Source: Strigamia acuminata
Taxonomy: Eukaryota
Direction: 5' to 3'
Length of the DNA: 64,000 bases
Assembly (NCBI GenBank): GCA_949358305.1
Contig: OX442314.1
Span: 744,001 to 808,000, forward strand
Shown here: positions 1 to 12,000 of the stretch, one piece after another
Layout: each line of letters starts with the position of its first letter
Numbering within the stretch: position 1 is the stretch's first letter
Program-made: the position numbers and the translations under genes
The notes under the pieces: generated by a model
The model's database searches: none
What the model was told of the DNA's origin: nothing
What the model saw: only the letters and a program-made list of their open reading frames with translations

Positions 1-3000
1 GGCGTTCAGTTCGATCCTCAGCGACTCCCAATCACTCTTCAAACCCTCAAACTCCTGCGTGAGCGCCGGATGACCGTCGTGTCTCGTGTGCTTCAACACG
101 AGCTCCAGTTGTTGCCTCAACTCGGTCAGCAACTGCGTCCCGTGCTCCTGCTGCCTCACTAGAGCCTCGAAACTGCCCGACTGCGTCTCGATGGACGACG
201 CGTCTTGTTGTTGAAGGTTGCAGCAATCGGTCTGCAAATTGGTGAACCAGTCGCGGAATTTGTCCACGTTCAGCTGGTACGACTCGTGCTCGGCCACGTA
301 CTGCTCGCAAAGACCGATGCGTTCCTGTAGGAGAGAAAGAAATGAAAATGGGCGTCGTATTGGTTACTAGTTACTCGGGAAACCGACTGAAAAATCACAG
401 TACTGGGAAATTTGAAAGAAATAACCGGTTCCGTCCAAAATTGTCAAATCATTGCTAAAACGACGTTTTTGTGATTGAAACGTTACGTTTTGTAACGTTT
501 CAATGACGAAAATGGCCATTTTTGACAAAAACGGCCATTATTACAATGAAAAATGGTTAAAAATAGCCATTTTTGACAAAAATTAGCAAATTTTTCCATG
601 AAAAATGGCTAAAAATAGCCATTTTTGACGATAAACGGCCATCTTTGACAAAAAACGTCCATTTTTACAATAAAAAATGGTTAAAAATAGCCATTTTTGA
701 CGAAAATTAGCCAATTTTTCCATGAAAAATGGCTAAAATTGGCCATTTTTGACCAAAAACGACAATTTTTAAAGAAATACGGCTATTTTTACCATGAAAA
801 ATGGCTAAAAATAGCCTTTTTTGACGAAAAACGGCCATCTTTGACAAAAAACAGCCATTTTTGATAAAAACGGCCATTTTTACCATGAAAAATGGTTAAA
901 AACGGCCATTTCTACCATGAAAAATGCCAAATAATGGCCATTTTTTGTTGTCTGAAGCCTGACCTTTTTTAGTCCCGGGAGTACCCATTTCCCGGGAGTA
1001 TCGGCCATATTTGTACTGTGAACCGGGAATTAAAAAAAAAGCGGGAAAACAGAAACCCTATTGGTTACGTCAAAGTTTAGTGTTGTTACCATTGTTGTGT
1101 TGAATAGTTGCTTCTGTTTTTGCTGCATTTGATTGACGGTGATGTTTAGTTCTTCGAACTCTTCCACTTTACCCTCGAGACGTTCGACTAATATTTTGTG
1201 CGAATTGATATCTTGCGCAATCAACTATGGGAAAAAGTAAGAAATGATTAATACAGTCGAAATCGAAGCAATGCAGGGTCGACGTCATCTTAAAAATGTA
1301 TTTTCATGTCTGAAAAACACATTATTCTGCTAATATTGGCAACGATAAATTTATTCAATCAAAATTATTCATAGTTTGCTTAAAATTGCAAATTTTTGCA
1401 TAAAAATTAAATTTTTTTGCATAAAAATTGCATTTTTTTGCAGAATAATTGTATTTTTACTCAAAAAGTGCATTTTTTTGCAGTTTAATGCCTGTTCAAC
1501 AAGGGGGACGTGTTTTGCATATACAATGACGCCAACCCCGAAACAAATACACACTTTATAATTCTGCAAAACTAATTTTTTATCGTGCAGTGTCTGCATG
1601 AACTGCATCGACGCTCCGATGCGTTTCTCCACTTCCTGCAACCAACTTTCCATGTGACGACAACTGAAAAAATAAAAACAAATTAATTAACTACTTAATT
1701 AACTAATTAATTAATTTTATTTACCTATCATCGAAAGAATCCCACTGCATCATCGCGATTTCAACCTTCTTCACCAAAACGTTAATTTCGTCCCAGTAAT
1801 TCTCCCACTGGCTTCGCAGCGATTTCAACTCGGAGCGAATCTTCTCTCGTCCTTCGATGGAAATTGTGGCCAACAAATTGTCCCCGCATTTAAAAACCGA
1901 ACCCAACAACTCGCGGCCTTCTTCTTTCGAGCTTTCAAGTTCCTAAAAAATTAATTTAAATTTGTTAAAAAATCAAATAAATTCAAAAATTCAAAATTAA
2001 TTCAAAAAATTTACTTTGAGTTTGTGTAGTTTAACTTTGAAACCGACGAGCGGTTTCTCGCCAGTCGGCGATATGTTCGATCGCGATCTCAACTCCCCCT
2101 CAGCTTCGGTCATCCAACTTTGGAATTTCCCGAGCGCAACGTCAAAATTATCCCGATACGCCAAATATTGCTGCAACTTCTCCAAATGATTCTAATAAAA
2201 TAATAATTCACAAAAATTAAAAAAAAACACAAAATATTAAATTCCACAAATCGAACCTTAGCGGAACTTAGAACCGCCAACCTGTTGGCTTCCAACTGGC
2301 TGGCGTTTGCCATTTCCTGCGTTTCCGGACACGCCAAATTGATTTCTTTGCTCAGATCGAAAAGATGAGCAAACTCCTTCGATTGCTGATCAATTTCCTT
2401 GATCGAATCCTGACAAAAATAAAAATAAATTTTAAAAAATATTATTTATTATTAAGAGACCGGATATATATGTTGAAATAAAATTCGGTTTATGCAAATA
2501 AAATATGCACTAAAAATTTCATTTTATGCAAAAAAAAAATGAAAATATGCAAAGTAAAACAATTTATTTCAGTGAAATTATTTGCTGCAATAGCAAATCA
2601 GCGCCATTTCTAAGTGTTGTGTTGTAAATGAAATACGATGTCATGTGCGTACTTAAATACATAAAAAGCCTAACTGATATGATACGTTTACAAAACGTAT
2701 CACGGATAGACGATACTTATCATTTCGTAAAATAAAAACTGCAATTTATGCATTTATTTCCGATTTTCGTAAAATATGCATTAATAGCAGATTTTGGCTT
2801 TATATTGAATATAAATATATTGCATGCATTTATGCATTTATCCGGTCTCTATTTATTATTATTTATTTTATTTTTACCCGTAATTTCTCGGCCGTTTCGC
2901 GCGTTTGGCTTTCCAACGGCGCGGCCAAAATCGGCCGTATTTTGCTCTCCGCATCCACCAACCAACGCGCCAAAACCTCGTGCAACTCGTTGCGCTTTTG

Positions 3001-6000
3001 CCACACGTTCAGAACCGAGTTTTGCTTCTGTTTCGTCTTCTCCACGCTCATCTTCACTTTCTCCCACTCCTGCATCAGCCGAGCCTGAGTCTTTTCGATT
3101 TCCCAAATCTTCTCGTCGTCCAGTTCCCCCTCGACCAACCCGACGGCGTCTTTTAGATTTTCTTGCATTTCTTCGCCCGTTTTGAGCTTTTCTTCGATTT
3201 CCTGCAAATTAATTCCACTTAAATGATTTAAAATCGATGAGAGAGACGTGAAAAATACCTTGAGCGTTTGTTGGTTGGTCTTGAGGTTGTTGATGTCGGT
3301 GGCGAACTGGGGGTTCGTCCATTCGACCTTTTCTTGCGTTGCGGCGAGAAACCTGCTCAGTTCTTGCACATGCGCTCTCAGTTTCTTCTCCAGAGCCGTT
3401 TGTAAGCCGTTGCGCGTTTTGGCGATCTGGGCTTCGAGTGTCTCGCATCTGTTTGGGAAAATATAATATTTAATGTGAATTGTTTTTTTTTTGGGAAGAA
3501 CAGTTGTTTAGTTAAATACTTCTTTAGAATGGCGATGTGTTCTTTGTCCAGGTGGTTCGATTCGAAACCTTCGAAAGTCGCTTTCAGGTTTTTGATTTTC
3601 AGTTCAATTTGTGAGATTGTGTGTTGTTGTTGCTGTAGTATTTCACCCAATTTCTAAAAAGTTAAAAACAAATATAATTGCAAGTCAAAATAGTCAAAAC
3701 AAGTGTAGTATTTCGTCTGAAAATGCAATTTATCGTCTAAAACTGCAATTTTCGCATCTAAAACTGAAATTTATCATCTAAAACTGCAATTTTTTGTTGA
3801 AAACTGCAATTTTCGCATCTAAAACTGAAATTTATCGTCTAAAACTGAAATTTATCGTCTAAAACTGCAATTTTTGCAACTGAAAATGCAATTTTCGCAT
3901 CTAAAAATGCAATTTTCGCATCTAAAACTACAATTTCGCATATAAAACGGCAATTTTCGCATCTAAAACTGCAATTTTCGCATCTATAACTACAATTTTC
4001 GCATCTAAAACTACAATTTTAGCATCTAAAACTGCAATTTTTCGTTGAAAACTGCAATTTTTCGTTGAAAACTGCAATTTATCGTCTAAAACTGCAATTT
4101 TTGTATCTAAAACTACAATTTTCGCATCTAAAAATGCAATTTGCGCACCTAAAAATGCAATTTTCGCATCTAAAACTGCAATTTCGCATCTTAAACGGCA
4201 ATTTATGCATCTAAAACTGCAATTTTCGCCCCTAAAAATGCAATTTTCGCATCTAAAATTGCAATTTTCGTATCTAAAACTACAATTTTCGCATCCAAAA
4301 CTGCAATTTTCGCATCTAAAACTGCAATTTTCGCATCCAAAACTGCAATTTCGCATCTAACACTCCAATTTTCGCATCTAAGAATGTATTCTTTTATAAC
4401 TCACAATCCAATCAAGCCCATTTACGTGCCAAAATTACACAATTAAAACACACGACAGAAAAATGCGCACTTTGATCTGCTGAAGTTGCTGAACCAACTG
4501 CTCCTCGTCCCCGCTTAAATTCCCCAACGTCGCCACCTGCTCCCTCGTAGCGTTCAACCAAGCGTGACAACCGTGCAATTCCGCCGCCACGTTCGCCTCC
4601 TCCTGCGCCAACCGCCCGGCGTTCGTTTCCACAGCACGCGCCACTTGTTCCACCCGACTAAACTGCGACTTGATTGCACTGCGAATGGCGTCCAGAACCG
4701 ACACGTCGCTCCCTTCGTTCAAACCCTCCAAAGACGACATTTTCGACAACAACGCCGAATGCATCTTCTCGTACGCGGGCAACTCGGTCTACGACAAAAA
4801 ATAAAAGATACAAAATTAAATTAAAATTAAAGATTAAAATTAAAAAGAAAAAAATCACTTTCAGGGTTTCGGTACCGAGAAACCAATTGAAAAATCACAG
4901 AACCGGAAACCGGGAAATTTGAAAAAAATAACCGGTTCCGTCCAAAATTGTCAAAACGTTGCTGAAACGTCATTTTCGTCATTGAAACGTTACGTTTTAT
5001 AATGAAAATGGACATTTTTGACAAAAAACTGCCATTTTTACCATGAAAAAGGGCTAAAAATTGCCATTTTAGACAAAATACGACCTTTTTTGACAAAAAA
5101 CAGCCATTTTTACAATGAAAAATAGTTAAAAATGGTGATTTTTTACAAAAATTAGCCAATTTTTCCATGAAAAATAGTTAAAAATGGCCAGTTTTGACAA
5201 AAATTAGCCAATTTTTTCATGAAAAATGGCTAAAAATGGCCATTTTTACCAAAATTTAGCCAATTTTTCCATGAAATGGTAAAAATGGCCATTTTTGACA
5301 AAAATTAGCCAATTTTTCCATGAAAAATGGTAAAAATGGCCATTTTTGAAAAAAATTAGCCAATTTTTCCATGAAAAATGGTAAAAATGGCCATTTTTGA
5401 CAAAAATTAGCCAATTTTTCCATGAAAAATGGTAAAAATGGCCATTTTTGCATAAAAAATGGCTAAAAATAAGCATTTTTGACGAAAAACGGCCATTTTT
5501 GATGAAATACAACCATTTTTGACGGCCATTTGATGATAAATGGCCAATTTTATCCATTTTTCTTTGCCTGAGGCCTGACCTTTTTTAGTCCCGGGAGTAC
5601 CGATTTCCCGGGAGTACTGGCCGTTTTGCTACCAGAGAGCAGGAATTAAAAAAAGGCGGGAAAACAGAAACCCTAATCACTTTGTATTTATCGACATTCT
5701 CTTTGGCTCTTCCGCCGTCTTCTTGCAGCACGTTGCAAGTGCCCGTCAACCAGTTTTCGACGCGTCCTTTGTCCTCCTCGATGTGGCTCCAAACCACTTT
5801 CTGCGACTCCAAATTCTGCACGTGCGCCACCACTTTATTGAGCGCGTCCTGCCACTGCTGGCACGTAGACGCCATTTCGTCTTCCAGCACTTTCGGATCG
5901 AAGCCTGGCACTTCGCGCAACTGCTGAACCAAAAACGTCATTTTCTTCTGATATTGCTCCACCAGAGGCTTCTGCTTCTGATAAGCCACACAAACATTCT

Positions 6001-9000
6001 AAAAAAGAAAAAAAAAAGAAAAATTAAATTATCGTGTTTTACCGGATAAGAGCCGCGGCTCTTAATCGAGGGCGGCTCTTATTACAATTGTCTACCATAT
6101 TTTGAATGGAATTTTAATTTTTTCATTAAATTTCACTTTTTTCCATTAAAATTTCATTTTTTTCCATTAAAATTCCACTTTTTTCCATTGGCACTTACCG
6201 TAGCGCTCCGTTTAAACGCCCGGGCGTTTAATTTGTTTTGAGCCAATTCCCCCGGCGCCAATATGAAACCCGGCGTTTAAATTAATCCGATTCGGGACCG
6301 GCGCCAATTCAGTAAAACGCCGATGACTGCCCGGCGCTAAAACGGGGCCGGCGCCTTATTGAACCCGGGCGTTTAAACAGGGCGGTACGGTATTTCCATT
6401 AAAATTTCACTTTTTTCCATTGAAATTTCACTTTTTTCCATTGAAATTTCACTTTTTTCTATTGAAATTTCACTTTTTTCCATTGAAATTTCACTTTTTT
6501 CATTAAAATTTTACTTATTAGTAAAATTTCACTTTTTTTCCATTAAAATTTCACTTTCTTCCACTAAAATTTCACTTTTTTCCACTAAAATTTCACTTTT
6601 TTTTAAAATTTTCTATCTAAATAACCATCATCATCGACGAACATTTCATTAACCCTTTCCTCTTTGGTTACAAAAACCCCTCGAATAGTAGCCGCAGCTA
6701 CTATTCGATGGCAACTCTTATTTCAAACCGCCTCTCCGAATCGTAGCTTATATCCGAGGCCAACTACAAAACTATTCCAACTCTTAACCACTAAAACACA
6801 ACAAACTAAATTAAATTCCCATCAATTTCTCACTTTCGCTTTGCTCAGCAGCAACTCCACTTGCGCCACGTCGCTCGGCGCACGTTCCATGGGCCACGCG
6901 ATCCTCCTCGCATGTTGCTGCGTCGACTCCACGTCCCTCTTCATCTCCCTGCAATTCCTCCACAGCCCCAGCGCCGACTGCAGCTGCGCGTGTCGATCCG
7001 CGAGCACCAAACTCAACCGATCCCACGCACCGTCCATCTGAGCAAGCGCCGTCTGCGTCGCGTTGAAATGCGCCACGTTCATCTTCAAAATCTCCCGCCC
7101 TTTCTCGTGCAACTCGTCGCGCACCGCCTGCTTCGAATCCATCTCGTCCATCACGCGTCTCGTCTCCGCCAGCAACCGCTCCAACTCCTCCACCGACGTC
7201 TCGCCCATCGCTTCCCCGTCGACGCGTCGCTTCGAGTCCGCCAAAAACGCCAACAGTTCCGCGTGCGCGCGCGCGAATTCCTCCTCCTGCGCGGTCACCC
7301 TCGCGAGATGTCGGCGTTTGTTCTCGATCAGAGCCTGCACGGCGCTGATTGACGCGCAGATCGCGGCCAGTTTGCGCTTCGGATGCGTCACGTCGCCCGT
7401 GTTGCGCTCGATGATGAACGTCTGGCTGCGGCGCATCAGTTCCTCGATCTCCGCCGCCATTTTCTCGGTCGTGTGCGGCGAGGCGGCGAGGGCTTGCACC
7501 TCGGTGGCCACGCACTCGAGTTGTTCGCTCGAGGGTTTCGATTCGAGTCGTTGTTCGTGCAGTTGGACGCGTTCGACGATGTCGGTGCACCAACTGTTGA
7601 ATTCGAGCCAGCGCTGGAACAGGAGTTCCTTGAGGTCGACTTTCTCTTCGAGTAGTTGCAATCTGTCGGTCAACGAAGAGAAATCCTCGTTTAAGTCCTT
7701 CATTTCTTCGCTGGTGCATTTCCGGTTTAATGTTTTGATCTCTTCGTATATGGAGTCGAATTTCGGCTGCAAGTCGCCGATCTCCTGTCGAATGTCCTGA
7801 AAAAATGTTTAGAAAAGAATTAGAAATTAGTAAGGCCCGGATAAATAAATAAACGCATAGGAATTATTTTAACAAAATATCTAAAATATTTATCAAATTT
7901 TGTTGAAATTTCACAGAAAAATTATCAAATTTTATTGAAATTTCACAAAAAATTATCAAATTTTGTTGAAATTTCACAAAAAATTATCAAATTTTGTTGA
8001 AATTTCACAAAAAATTATCAAATTTTGTTGAAATTTCATAAAATATCACAATTTTGTTGAAATTTAACAAAAAATTATCAAATTTTGTTGAAATTTCACA
8101 AAATATTATGAAATTTTGTTGAAATTTCACAAAAAAAATATCAAATTTTGTTGAAATTTCACAAAAAAAATATCAAATTTTGTTGAAGTTAGACAAAAAA
8201 AAAATATTTTTGTTGAAATTTCACAAAAAATATTTCTCAAATTTTTTTAAACCTTTGTCGACATTTACCAAGAATTTTCTTTTGATGCTAAAAGATACAA
8301 AAACAAACACATAAACACCAAACACTCAATAAAACTCAAAACTTATAACTGAAATGTGAAATGGGAAATTCGCTTTTTTCCTAAATGCATTGCAATTTTC
8401 ATGCCCTGTTTAGTGTTTGCCCACTAATGCCACCCCAAATGGTCCCCATTGTCCAGTGCTGGCACAACTACAGGCCCAAGTAGAGGTGCAGGAGAGGGAA
8501 CCACATTATTTGCCACCACTCGAGAGTAGGGGGGAAGTGGGGTTCCTGGGCCAGCAGTTGACGGTTCGGGGGGGGGGGGGGGTAAGTGGGGGAGATAAGG
8601 GGAGGATTAAGTGAGGGGAGATAAGGAGAGGGTTAAGTGGGGGGTGACTAATTGCCTCATTCAATCAGACTTATCATTCGATCAATGTGACCTAGGCTAT
8701 TATTTAATATTGTTGTTTTTCTTTACTTAAGTACCTTGTTATTGTTTTTCCCATCTTTGTCTCTGTTTTTAAATAAAGTACCTTGTTGTTGTTTTTCCCA
8801 AATTTTCAAAGGATCCTTAGGCTACTTTTAACCAAAGGAGGAATATTATTGGGTAGACATCTTAACCAATGAGAAACTAGTATTGTATACTATATACTTG
8901 CAATTTCCTACTCACTTCTCTTCACTTCTTGCAAGTGCTTGATAGTGTTTGTATCATGGAATTTAACCACATTCACTCTGAATTTGCTGAGATGCTTATG

Positions 9001-12000
9001 GAAATTGAAGAATCTCTTTTTCCTCGAGTAAATACGCCTAATCCTCTACCGGATGTTGATGAAGAAAATGGTTACAATGATTCTCCATGTTGGGTTTATA
9101 ATCATTCTCCCATTCTTCCACTCTCATCGCCTACCATCATCAACCAGTCTCAACTTGTGCCATCTCCAATCAGAGACATGTCTAAACTTGCATCATCTCC
9201 ATCCTGCGTCATCCAATCTCAATCGATGTCATCTCAACCATGCAATCCATTGTTATCATGTGAGTCTCCAGTTCCTGTTTATCACTATCAACCAAATTTG
9301 CACCAACCAGGAACAAGCCACATCATCAATCCCCCATCTCCTTTGACTTTAGTGCAACAAATTGGAGGTGGACAGAAAGTACATTCATGCGAGTACTGCC
9401 ATAAAATTTTTTCTTGTAATTCAACTTTGAAACGGCATATTCTTCATTTACATACTCTTTCTAAAAGCACATTCAAGTGTGAAATATGTTTAAATGTTTT
9501 TAAGCGCAAAGATGACATGCTGCGACATGTTAAAAAAATTCACAATTGCAGCAAAGAGACATTTCCTTGCAATGTTTGCAATAAGTCTTTTTCTTTAAAA
9601 TCTAATTTACTTAAACACATGCAAGTTCATATTCATCCTCTACCTGCCGTTCCACATCCACAACCACTACCCTGCAATGATCCTTGTGTTGAGGCATTAG
9701 AGGGAAACGTCAACACGTATAAAATTCCCGGTAATAATTGTGGTGATTTAAATCATTTTTTTCTCTTACACCACACTCGAGTGAAACATATTTTAAACTT
9801 TCAATTGATTAAAAAGAAAGCGGTAAAGTATTACATCTCCGTTAAAATACATTTCACTCGAACATCACAGTGGTGATACGGAAACCGTTGCGTGTTTTCG
9901 AAGCATTTGCTATATTGCGCTCGTTGAATCGGATCTTGAGAACCAATTATTGGAGGCATACGAGAAAATCAAACGTTCTTGCGCCGAATTTCAACGAGAT
10001 GGTAGTGGTTGGGTATTTGAAGCGGTGGTAGAGATGCATATAAATATTGGTAGATATCGTCCATTAGCTGGAGGAACTTATATTCCACTTCCCAAATTTT
10101 TAGCAGACAAGAAAGCAATAATAAAGGTGCAAAATGAAGATTCTTTGTGTTTTCTCAGGAGTGTTTTAGCTGCTCTGCATCCTGCACCTTCCCATCCAGA
10201 ACGTGTTTCAAATTATTCCCTGTACCGAAACACTTTAGATTTAACTGGACTTTCATTCCCAATGACCATTCAACAAATCCCTAAGTTTGAAACCATGAAT
10301 TCAATTAGTGTTCATGTGTTTGGTTTTGAAAAAGAAGTGTTTCCGCTTTACATTAGCAAATTGGAACATAAAACCCAAATAAATTTGTTGCTTTTTGCTA
10401 ATGATCAAACCCAACATTATTGCTGGATAAAAAATTTAAATAAACTGTTACATTCCTTAACACATCACAAAGAATTAGCTCACTATTGTAAATATTGTCT
10501 GCATAGATGTAAGTCAGATTGCGGGTGCAAAATTCATGTAATTCGGAAACAAATCTAGACGTTTCGTTATTTATTCATTAATTATTATCGCTTTTGGCCT
10601 ACCTTCAACGCTCCCACGGCCTCCTCGACTCGATCGGCGTCCACTCTATTCAACAAATTCAGCTGCCGTTCCAAGCGGCTCAAATTATCCCGCACGTGGC
10701 TCAGCCGGCCGTTGAACTCCTGTCGCTTGTTCACGAGATCGAGCAGCACTTGCTGTCGTCCGGTGATCCACTCCAGCAGCCGTCCCACGTCGTTCTTAGC
10801 TCGGGCCACGCTCGACTTGATTTCGGCGCCCGCCTCTTCATTCACGTGCAGACACATGCGTTCGCACATCTGCGTCAGCGCGATCAGCTTGATTTGCTTC
10901 TTCAACGCCTCTTCTCTCAAATTCTGAAATTAATTTACCCGTATTATTATTATTTATTGAATCTAAGGGGAGACGAGTTAATTAAATTTGAATTAATTCG
11001 ACCTTTGTTTCGTCTAATTTCCGCAACAGCGCGTCCAGATTGGGCGAATCGCCTTCGCTCGGTTCTTCCTGGAACTTGCTGAGCCATTGGCGTGACCAGC
11101 GTTGCATTTCCGTCACGGTTTCGTCGATTTCGATCCAGTTGGACACGAGGGTCGATTGCTCGAGCACCCACTGCGTCGCGGATTCCACGACGCTCTGCCA
11201 GCGCGCGTCCAGCAGGTGCAGTTCGGACATTTGGCTCGGATCGCCTCGGTCGGCTTCGCTCGTCATTTTGGCCAACTGCGGTTTGCGCTTTTCGCAATCC
11301 GCTTGGAATTGCTGCAAAAAATAATTTTGTAATTTCGTTCGCTTTTCGTTCGTTCGTCGTACTTGGCTGTGGTGGAGTTGTTGTTTGGCTTCGGCGAGGG
11401 TTTTGGATCTTGGATGACCCTTGGAGACGCGTCCTTCGGCTTTGGCTAGCCAGGGCTCGAATTCGCTGCGCGCCGCTTGGTATTGTCGCCATCGTTCGGC
11501 TTCTTCGTACGCCATTTTGACGCCGGTCTCCAATCGGCCGTGGAGGATTTGCATTTCGCGCTCCATGTCGGTGATTTGGGCGCGCAAGGTTCGGCTTTGG
11601 TCGCTGTTGGGGTCGCTGGTGATCAGATGTTGCGCTTCGTTCTTCAGTTGGTAGAGCAGCGCGGTCCGTTTGTCAATTTCGTCCTTCAACGTCTAAAATA
11701 AATCAATCAAATTTCGTGTAAATTGGAAAAAATTGGAAAAAATTACTAAAAATCGGTTAAAAAATGGTAAAAAATGGTAAAAATTGGTAAAAATCGGTTA
11801 AAAAATGGTAAAAATTAGTAAAAATTGGTAAAAATTGGTAAAAATTGGTTTAAAAAACGTAAAAATTGGTTAAAAAATGGAAAAAAATGGTAAAAATTGG
11901 TAAAAATTAGTAAAAATCGGTTAGAAAAAGGTAAAAATTGGTTTAAAAAAAGGTAAAAATTGGTTAAAAACGTGGTAAAATTTGGTAAAATTTGGTAAAA

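Noticed and set aside
3928..4356. Repetitive ORFs in satellites (also 5246-5557, 15444-15818, 18157-18578, 27068-27274, 28585-28866)
   Set aside because: These are translations of tandem repeats that happen to lack stops; they are intronic with no coding signal.
6861..7800. Long plus-strand and alternative-frame ORFs over the large nesprin exon
   Set aside because: Antisense or off-frame shadows of a GC-rich coding exon.
8929..9876. Host C2H2 zinc-finger transcription factor nested in nesprin
   Set aside because: It is intronless in an intron-dense genome and continues by frameshift into Polinton-type PolB motifs, so it is better explained as a mobile-element fragment.
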